A stretch of 64,000 nt of DNA from IMG/VR virus record IMGVR_UViG_3300009149_000014, positions 1 through 64,000 of that record. One strand, 5' to 3'. A program made the translations under genes and the position numbers. This stretch comes from a virus. Of this stretch, positions 57,069-64,000 are shown one piece after another. Under the pieces are notes generated by a model that was not told where the DNA came from, ran no database searches, and saw nothing but the letters and a program-made list of their open reading frames with translations. How positions within the stretch are numbered: the stretch's first letter is position 1; the number at the start of each line of letters is the position of its first letter.

Positions 57069-58107
57069 CGAAGAACGCGAAATCGATTTGGAAGGAAATA
57101 ACACTCCAGCCAAATCTTCCCCTAACCCAGCCAACGAGAAAACTGTTCACGTTGACGAAAAAGAACAACTGAATCCGCAAATTGCCGCACTTGGCAAAGA
57201 CATGACGGACGACGAGTTCTTGTATGCGATTGCCAATGCTCCGGATGAAATGCTCATCCCTTGGGAAGAAGTTCCAATCCCAAGTGGCGGTCTTTATTAC
57301 GAAGGTTGGACAAATGGCACAGTTCGCGTTCGTGCTATGACACAAAGTGTCGAAAAAGCCTTTGCCAACCGACGATTAGTCCAAAGTGGTGGAGCAATCG
57401 ATAAAATGTTCAACACCTGTGCAGAACTCCCAGGTGCAATGGACCCCCAACAATTGTTGATTGGTGATCGAACATTTTTGTTGTACTATATTCGCGGTTT
57501 GACCTACGGTAATTTGTACAAGTTCGTTGTGACTTGTCCTCATTGCAAAGCTGAATCAAGCCACGTTTACGACATGAATGAGCTTTACTCAACTGTCATT
57601 CCGGCAAATCAACAGATTGGCAACGAACCGTTCAAAGTCATTTTACCTCATTTGTCAGCCATTAGTGGTCGTGAAATCTGGGTTGGTGTACGATTCTTAC
57701 GCCAAGCAGATATCACAAACATCATGGCTTCACGTCGATTCAATAAGCGACTCGAAGGAAATAGTGTTCGAGCCGGTAATGTTCGAAATCGTGGACGTCG
57801 AGGCCAAGCACCTCAATCTGGCGTTGATGAACAGCAATCACAAGCAGACATGCTACTAGACGGTTCGGTCGAAAAGACCATTGTTTCCGTCAATGGTAAT
57901 CGCGAACCAGCTTTAATCCAGCAAATCGTTTCACGGCTGCATTCTCGTGATAATGCGGCCATCCGGGACTTCCTGATGGAGAATACCCCCGGAATCGATA
58001 CTACCGTCAATGTAACATGTCCGGAGTGCAGTAATGAGGCAATGATGGAATTGCCCATTACTGACGGGTTTTTTCGTTCGGCTGAGCGATCAGGAACTAG
58101 AAAATAG
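57061..58107 (+). CDS. baseplate hub / tail assembly chaperone (gp26-like)
   Basis: IPSGG.YY, VRAMT, GDRTFLL..IRG..YG, CPHC, PGID...CPEC...PIT..FF. Confidence 0.75.
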   Translation: MPNEEREIDLEGNNTPAKSSPNPANEKTVHVDEKEQLNPQIAALGKDMTDDEFLYAIANAPDEMLIPWEEVPIPSGGLYYEGWTNGTVRVRAMTQSVEKAFANRRLVQSGGAIDKMFNTCAELPGAMDPQQLLIGDRTFLLYYIRGLTYGNLYKFVVTCPHCKAESSHVYDMNELYSTVIPANQQIGNEPFKVILPHLSAISGREIWVGVRFLRQADITNIMASRRFNKRLEGNSVRAGNVRNRGRRGQAPQSGVDEQQSQADMLLDGSVEKTIVSVNGNREPALIQQIVSRLHSRDNAAIRDFLMENTPGIDTTVNVTCPECSNEAMMELPITDGFFRSAERSGTRK

Positions 58108-58297
58108 ATACGAATCGCTCTTAGAAGAACAGTATCTATTGAAAAAACACGCTAATCTTTCATTGTTCGAACAAGAACAGATCCCAGCTGAAGATCGCCG
58201 ATGGTGGCTCGAAAGGATCAAAAAAGACAACGAAGAAGCAGAAAACCAATCTCGACGAGCCCAAGGCCCATCGAGAGCACCCGGTAGCCGTTCCTAA
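58073..58297 (+). CDS. start-less +1-frame ORF (gp51/chaperone extension), probably reached by frameshift
   Basis: LEEQYLLKKHANLSLFEQEQIPAEDRRWWLERI; begins at GGG TTT TTT CGT; not in the ORF track. Confidence 0.65.
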   Translation, partial: FVRLSDQELENRYESLLEEQYLLKKHANLSLFEQEQIPAEDRRWWLERIKKDNEEAENQSRRAQGPSRAPGSRS

Positions 58298-58342
58298 ATG
58301 CTAAATTATCAAAACTAATTTAGCAACAAAAGGAACAATCTT

Positions 58343-59257
58343 ATGGCTGCATGTGACTGTCTAATTGAAAACGCCTATCCACGAATCAGCGGTCGAACAG
58401 GCAATCTGATCGATCTCAACGTGGATTTCTACAACAATGGTAAACTCGATGATCCATTTTGGATTCAAAGAGTCGAGATTTACCGTTGTTCTGTTTCACC
58501 AGCAAATCTCGAAGCAGTTATCTCCTTCGCAGATCCCACAGATCTCATCTACCCTGCACCAGCTTGCCAAGAGACCATCCCAGTAGATGTGGGCCAATGT
58601 GGAACAGCACCCCCTGCTAACCCAACCCCCATCCCAGGCAAATACCACCTACCATTCTTGATTCCATCAGACTTCAAAGCACCTGATGTATACATCGACG
58701 TTTGGTACTTCTACCCAAAGAACCCATGCCTGGGCGATCAATATCCAGACGTTTGCGACCCATCAGACATCACATCAGGATTCCAAGTCGATCCTCTATG
58801 TGACCCAACCGATCCAATCTTCTACGATCAACTCGTCACCTGCTGCCACCGATTCTGGGTATACCCAGACTCTTGGATGTGTGACGATAAACTCCAAACT
58901 GTCAATTTCGGTTTCGAACCACTCAACACCAGATTTAACAGCCCAGAAACCAAACCACTCGAAGTGGGCTTGATTCCACTGCCAGTATACAGCTACAACA
59001 AGTCACTCGTCGACTCATTGATCCCATTCATCAAAGGATCAATCACAGTTGGTACTCAATACTGTGACGTTTTGGTTCAAGATGCTCCAATGGATTTGGG
59101 ATTCCGTCAAGGAAATTACCGATCCAATCCATGGGTCGTTAAATGGAACCTCGACACCACGACCTTCATCCGAGGATCTTACTGGTACCAAGTCAAATTG
59201 ACTCTTCCAGATGGATCGACACGTGTTAGCCAGAAATTCTGGTTCGAGATTCGGTAA
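58343..59257 (+). CDS. Cys/Pro-rich virion protein with Ig-like segments
   Basis: MAACDC; GSYWYQVKLTLPDG; SD AGGA. Confidence 0.55.
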   Translation: MAACDCLIENAYPRISGRTGNLIDLNVDFYNNGKLDDPFWIQRVEIYRCSVSPANLEAVISFADPTDLIYPAPACQETIPVDVGQCGTAPPANPTPIPGKYHLPFLIPSDFKAPDVYIDVWYFYPKNPCLGDQYPDVCDPSDITSGFQVDPLCDPTDPIFYDQLVTCCHRFWVYPDSWMCDDKLQTVNFGFEPLNTRFNSPETKPLEVGLIPLPVYSYNKSLVDSLIPFIKGSITVGTQYCDVLVQDAPMDLGFRQGNYRSNPWVVKWNLDTTTFIRGSYWYQVKLTLPDGSTRVSQKFWFEIR

Positions 59258-59289
59258 TATCCGAACAGTCGAAATCGTGTTATACTTGT

Positions 59290-60417
59290 ATGAAGTATAA
59301 AATCCCGCCCGATAAAATTCGCAAATGGATCGAGGCGAACTTTGATTATAAAGTTCGCAAAAGCGGACGTGAATATCTAATTTGCAATCCCCTGTATGAC
59401 ACTGATAAAAAACGATTCAATATCAACATTGAAACGGGGGGTTGCCACGATTGGAACGGCGACGAATGGGCCGGTGATCCTAATCCCAAAACCGGCAAAC
59501 GCCCTTGCCATATTGTTCGTTTTGTTCAACTTTATCGCGGTGTAAGCTTCCGCGATGCTCTCCGTGAACTCATCGGCGACGGAGCCCTGATACACGCTTA
59601 TCAGCGTTCAGAGCCCGCCGAAGTCAAAGAAGACACCACGGAGACCATGGCGATTCAGATTCCGAAGGGCTTTAAGCCCCTCGATAATCCGGATTCCCTC
59701 ATGAAACGGCCTCTATGGAATTATCTTCTGTACAGAGGATACACACCAGAAGAAATAATTGAACAAAATATCCACTATCGTGGTTCTGATATTCTATGGC
59801 TTTATACCGAGTTCGGCGAATTGGTTTATATGCAAAGTCGGAACATCTATACCAAAAGGTTCTGGTTCCCTTCGACTGATGTTCTGGATGATCAAAATGA
59901 GAAGATCGGAGAATTAGAAGTCACTCGGGACCACGTGTTGTACGGCTTTGATGAAATCCCCAGAGCCGAATATATTATCCTCACGGAATCGATTTTCGAC
60001 AAAAACACTCTCGGTATACACACTCTTGGTACTGGTGGAGTTATTCTGTCTGAAGGACAATTGAAGAGAATTAAGCTTATTGGCCCCAAACAGGGGATAG
60101 TATTAGCTCCCGATAATGACAAACCAGCCATCGAAAGTATTCTTACTAATGCTCCTCGATTGGCAAATATGGGGTATAAAGTCTTTTTCTCTATTCCTCC
60201 TAGTCTTCCCTACACCAACGCTAAAGGTGAAGAGGAATTTACGAAGGATTGGAATGAGATGTTGACGGGATTAAAATTAACGAGACCCCAGATCGTTGAA
60301 ACAATGAATCAGAGATTGGTTCCTTTCAACGAAATAACCAGGCTCCGATTGAGACAATTATTGGTATCGGATAAAAAGGCACTTAACAATGGCAAATCAA
60401 GATCATTCCTCGCCTAA
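59290..60417 (+). CDS. DNA primase (TOPRIM)
   Basis: Degenerate zinc region, YLLYRG, QSR, LTESIFD, APDND, KDWNE. Confidence 0.8.
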   Translation: MKYKIPPDKIRKWIEANFDYKVRKSGREYLICNPLYDTDKKRFNINIETGGCHDWNGDEWAGDPNPKTGKRPCHIVRFVQLYRGVSFRDALRELIGDGALIHAYQRSEPAEVKEDTTETMAIQIPKGFKPLDNPDSLMKRPLWNYLLYRGYTPEEIIEQNIHYRGSDILWLYTEFGELVYMQSRNIYTKRFWFPSTDVLDDQNEKIGELEVTRDHVLYGFDEIPRAEYIILTESIFDKNTLGIHTLGTGGVILSEGQLKRIKLIGPKQGIVLAPDNDKPAIESILTNAPRLANMGYKVFFSIPPSLPYTNAKGEEEFTKDWNEMLTGLKLTRPQIVETMNQRLVPFNEITRLRLRQLLVSDKKALNNGKSRSFLA

Positions 60418-60976
60418 GCCTCGCGTCTGGACCCGTGATGAAATTTCCGATTGGTTAGAATCACAACCTCCGGAATTTCAGGAAGTTCTGAAAGGAATGG
60501 GCCGTCTGATGTTGAAGTCTCATGCCGTTCGCGATCTTGCTGATGGATATAGTACGGTTCGCCGTTATCTTGAAAATGGATGGGTTATTCCGAGTGATTT
60601 GACAGCTGACACCTCTTTGATTAATCTCGGTATGATTGCACTTAAAAGAATGAGTAACCGTGGTATTCGACCTTTAGTTGCTCAACAAGCTCCGGCTATG
60701 CAGGTTTCTAGTCCAGGTGGATGGTTTGGAATGTTCAAGGACATGATGTTGGGTGCTCAAGAAGCCAGGATTTATGGAAATCTTGCTAATTTGGGTAATA
60801 ATCATCGTGAACAGATGAATTTTAACCATGAGGCTGAACGACGCCGACAAGAAGCTGATTATGCGGCGGACCGATATCGCAATGAGATGCTTCAAATAGA
60901 GCGTAGCCGAGCACAAGCTGAAGAACGCGAACGTCGATGTACTATTGATGGTCAAGGTAATAAATTATATTACTAA
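60389..60976 (+). CDS. hypothetical protein with charged coiled coil
   Basis: 195 aa ORF. Confidence 0.55.
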   Translation: MANQDHSSPKPRVWTRDEISDWLESQPPEFQEVLKGMGRLMLKSHAVRDLADGYSTVRRYLENGWVIPSDLTADTSLINLGMIALKRMSNRGIRPLVAQQAPAMQVSSPGGWFGMFKDMMLGAQEARIYGNLANLGNNHREQMNFNHEAERRRQEADYAADRYRNEMLQIERSRAQAEERERRCTIDGQGNKLYY

Positions 60977-61058
60977 TCCGACGTTTGTTTCAGTACCATT
61001 ATCAGTAAATATAGATGGAGTCTTTTTCCATTGATTGTTAGCTTACTGGTACTTCTCT

Positions 61059-64000
61059 ATGGCGTTCGATCCGAATCTCTACGCTATTCAAATTGCATTG
61101 AGCATTGACGCTGGTGAAGCGTTTAAGACTGTCAGTGATTTGGAAGGAAGAGTAAACAGTATCGAGGATGCCTTCTCAAAGGCAATGACTCAGACTTTGG
61201 GTCATGTGGCTACTGTTACTAGTGAGATTAATTCTCAGCTAGAAGGTATGACCGGACTTGTTACCGATATTAATGCTCAATATGCTGTTCAATTCGATCA
61301 GATAAGTGATACCTTAAATCGCGAATTGGAGCAAGTTAACAATATCGAACGAATCCAAGAAATCGAAGAAGAGCTATATGATCTTCGTCAAGAAATGTTC
61401 GAGAGTCTACAAGAATTCCGACTTATCAATGAACAATTGGTCGTTCTTTTTGAGAATCAACGAGTAACAACAACTGGTCTGAGCGATGTTTATGATGAAA
61501 TGCTTGATCAGTTAGAAGAAATGGGTGTTGATACTGATAACATCCGTAAATCTCTTGCAGGTTCAATTAATCAAGCGAGAGCATTTCGCACAGAATTCCA
61601 AGATATTCTACGAACGATTCAGCAATCCGCCACTGCGATGTATGCGAATGCAACAGCTATGGCTGAGATTACTAAGATGACCGAAAGATTCGTTACGGCG
61701 AATTATCGGGCATATGGCACACAACATCAACTTATGGAAGCTGTGACTGATACAGCTTCTGAATTTGGTGTTTTGCATGACGCAACAGCTGAAGCATATG
61801 AACAATTAATGGGTATTAGAGTTCCAATCGAATTGTTGGAACAATATGCCGGAATGGTCACTCAAACGTCTCGAATTTCAGGTGCTGGAACCCGCCAACT
61901 AGCAGACTATACTCGGACAATGGCAGGTAGCGGTCTAGAAGCTGGTGATACAGCTTACGTTTTATCCACATTGACGGCGGCTCAAGAACAATTCGGATTG
62001 ACCACCGATGAAGTAAACAAGATCCTTGCTGAGAATCTTGAAAAACTGGGTATGATGACTACTATTTATGGTAGTGATATTCCTAGAGATATGGCAATCG
62101 CACAAGCGGCTTTTGCTGGACTTATCAAACAAACTGGAGCAAGTGCACAAGCTGGCAATAAGCTTAACGAAATGTTGTACGCTACGGGTCAAGAAGCCAT
62201 TATTTTAAGGGCCAAACTTGGTGCTGCATTTAATGATGATACTGCCAGTCGATTTGATGTCATCAATGATAAATTTGGCGATATGGGCAAACAACTTTAT
62301 GAAGCTCAAGTAAGATCGAAACAAACTGGTGAATCAATCGATGGTCTTGTAATTGCTCTCGGTGCTCAAGCTAAAGCAATGGGTGGTAGTTATGAAATGG
62401 TCGATATGTATGCTAGAGCCATTAGAGATGCTGGTGGTGACTTAAACGCTGCTGTCAAACCATTTGCTGAATATGAACGCCAAATTGGTGCAGCTCAAGA
62501 CCGGCAACGCCAATTCACACAAAGCATTAACACTCTCTATTTCTCTGTTCAAAGTCTAACGGCTTCATTGTTTGCTTTGGTGCAACCAGTTATCCAATTT
62601 ATCGCCAGAGGGATGATTCCTCTGATTCAGATCGCCACATTTGTTGTCGACTCTTTCGTCAGCATCATTGACGTCTTCACAGGAACTTGGACAGCCTTAG
62701 AAGGTCTCATTCCACCATTGGCTTGGGTCCGCCAAGGTTTAGAAATGTTGGTCGCGGCTGGAATTCTTCTTGGTCCAGTAATCGGCGGTCTGATCGGATT
62801 GTTCTCCGCTGCTGCTGGTATGGTAGGTTTATTCGCTGGATCATTAGCTGCTATTGGCACGATATTTAGCCAATTTACTGGACTAGTCCAAGCCGGGCTT
62901 GCGAATCTTGGGCAATTGTTTATTTCATTTATGACCACCATCGGTACTGGTCTTGCAAGACTTGGTAGTGCAGTTGCTCCAGTAATGTTACCATTATTGG
63001 CCTTGGGTGGTGCTCTCTTAATGGTCGGTGCTTCGGCTTACTTGTTCGCTCAAGCTACTGTAATGATCGCTCAAGAAGGTTGGGCGGCTGTTGGTGTGAT
63101 GTTCGGACTTGTGGCTGCTATCGGTTTATTAGGACTTGCACTAGTTGGCCTCGGTATGCTTGCTCAAGGGCCTGTTGCATTGGGTTTGCTTGCTGTTGGT
63201 GCTGCTTTACTAATGGTTGGTGGTGCGGTCTATTTGGTTGGTGCTGGAATCGGTTTAGCGGCTAACGGTATGGCAGCACTTGTTGCAGCTGTGCCACCTG
63301 ATATTGGTGTTCGATTCGTGAGTTTGGCTGCTGGGCTGACCGCTTTGAGTCTAAGTGCTTGGATTATCACTCCCGGATTGCTTGTACTTGGTGTTGGGCT
63401 AGCTGCCATTGCTATTCCAGCGTATGTGGCTGGAATCGGTTTGACATCATTAGCATCGGCAATGGAATCATTGCAAGATATTACATTCCCAGATATTGGT
63501 GGGAAAATGCTCCTGTTCGCTCTCGATCTAGCTGCTGGAGCCTTGATCCTTGGTGCAGCTCTTATCCCATTAACTATTGCTGGTGCTGGGCTTTACATGT
63601 TCGCTCAAGGACTTCAAGCTCTACAGGGGTTTGAGGTTCCAGATCTTGGCGGCAAATTGATTATAATGGCTGGGAGCCTCGTTATCGGTGCTTATTTATT
63701 AGGAGCTGCTATTGCTCCATTAATAATTGCTGGTGCGGGTCTTTGGGCTTTTGCTCAAGGATTGAAACAGATGCAGGGGCTTGAGGTTCCTGATATTGGT
63801 CCTAAATTGATTGTGATGGCTGGAAGCCTTGCTCTTGGTGCTTATCTTCTTGGTGCTGCTGTTTGGCCTTTAATTATCGCTGGTGCTGGGCTTTACGCTT
63901 TTGCTACTGGTTTGCAACAATTGCAGGGGCTTGAGGTTCCAGATCTTGGTGGTAAGTTAATTGTGATGGCCGGGAGCCTTGCTCTTGGTGCTTATCTTCT
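61059..64000 (+). CDS. tape measure protein (3'-truncated)
   Basis: ATG 61059 (MAFDPNLY); frame checked in stretches and appears open to the window end; helical Ala/Gly/Leu-rich with hydrophobic stretches. Missing from the ORF track, presumably because it has no stop. Confidence 0.85.
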   Translation, partial: MAFDPNLYAIQIALSIDAGEAFKTVSDLEGRVNSIEDAFSKAMTQTLGHVATVTSEINSQLEGMTGLVTDINAQYAVQFDQISDTLNRELEQVNNIERIQEIEEELYDLRQEMFESLQEFRLINEQLVVLFENQRVTTTGLSDVYDEMLDQLEEMGVDTDNIRKSLAGSINQARAFRTEFQDILRTIQQSATAMYANATAMAEITKMTERFVTANYRAYGTQHQLMEAVTDTASEFGVLHDATAEAYEQLMGIRVPIELLEQYAGMVTQTSRISGAGTRQLADYTRTMAGSGLEAGDTAYVLSTLTAAQEQFGLTTDEVNKILAENLEKLGMMTTIYGSDIPRDMAIAQAAFAGLIKQTGASAQAGNKLNEMLYATGQEAIILRAKLGAAFNDDTASRFDVINDKFGDMGKQLYEAQVRSKQTGESIDGLVIALGAQAKAMGGSYEMVDMYARAIRDAGGDLNAAVKPFAEYERQIGAAQDRQRQFTQSINTLYFSVQSLTASLFALVQPVIQFIARGMIPLIQIATFVVDSFVSIIDVFTGTWTALEGLIPPLAWVRQGLEMLVAAGILLGPVIGGLIGLFSAAAGMVGLFAGSLAAIGTIFSQFTGLVQAGLANLGQLFISFMTTIGTGLARLGSAVAPVMLPLLALGGALLMVGASAYLFAQATVMIAQEGWAAVGVMFGLVAAIGLLGLALVGLGMLAQGPVALGLLAVGAALLMVGGAVYLVGAGIGLAANGMAALVAAVPPDIGVRFVSLAAGLTALSLSAWIITPGLLVLGVGLAAIAIPAYVAGIGLTSLASAMESLQDITFPDIGGKMLLFALDLAAGALILGAALIPLTIAGAGLYMFAQGLQALQGFEVPDLGGKLIIMAGSLVIGAYLLGAAIAPLIIAGAGLWAFAQGLKQMQGLEVPDIGPKLIVMAGSLALGAYLLGAAVWPLIIAGAGLYAFATGLQQLQGLEVPDLGGKLIVMAGSLALGAYL
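63471..64000 (+). repeat. 150-nt (50 aa) tandem repeat in the tape measure gene, at least 3.5 copies
   Basis: TTGAGGTTCC recurs at 63631, 63781 and 63931; unit resembles LQGLEVPDLGGKLIVMAGSLALGAYLLGAA..PLIIAGAGL.AFA.GL. Confidence 0.9.

Noticed and set aside
1-64000. Stop-codon reassignment, diversity-generating retroelement, or extracellular contractile injection system
   Set aside because: Genes read through intact in code 11 with all three stops used; no reverse transcriptase or TR/VR pair seen; tail genes sit with a full phage replisome and neck genes.
1-64000. Apparent excess of GATC/TCGA/CGAT words
   Set aside because: Visual impression only; needs k-mer counts against a codon-aware model before any claim.

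Overview
A 64 kb segment of a large, myovirus-like (T4-superfamily-style, probably jumbo) dsDNA phage genome. It uses the standard genetic code, is very densely packed and is mostly on the + strand. Replication/recombination module (about 1-33 kb): Rad50/Mre11, DinG helicase, a DnaE polymerase split into two genes each carrying a LAGLIDADG intein, RecA with an intein, DnaB, GroES, a degenerate PolA, gp32-like SSB, RNase H and endonuclease VII. An actin-fold ATPase resembling haloarchaeal volactin also lies here. Glycan module: KdsB, a FAD enzyme, several glycosyltransferases, a sulfotransferase-like protein and Gmd, with an NAD ligase nearby. Neck/tail module: gp13/14/15-like genes, sheath, three tube paralogues, a frameshifted chaperone pair, and a tape measure gene running off the window. 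Most notable unexplained signals: (1) a 117-nt tRNA-mimic RNA whose ends are sealed in a three-way junction (41520-41636); (2) two divergent gene pairs sharing a CATG start palindrome; (3) the phage volactin-like actin with an adjacent membrane protein; (4) DnaE split through its active site without a split intein; (5) a possible virion glycosylation/sulfation system; (6) kb-scale strand-composition patches. All product calls come from motif recognition by eye; no database searches were run.
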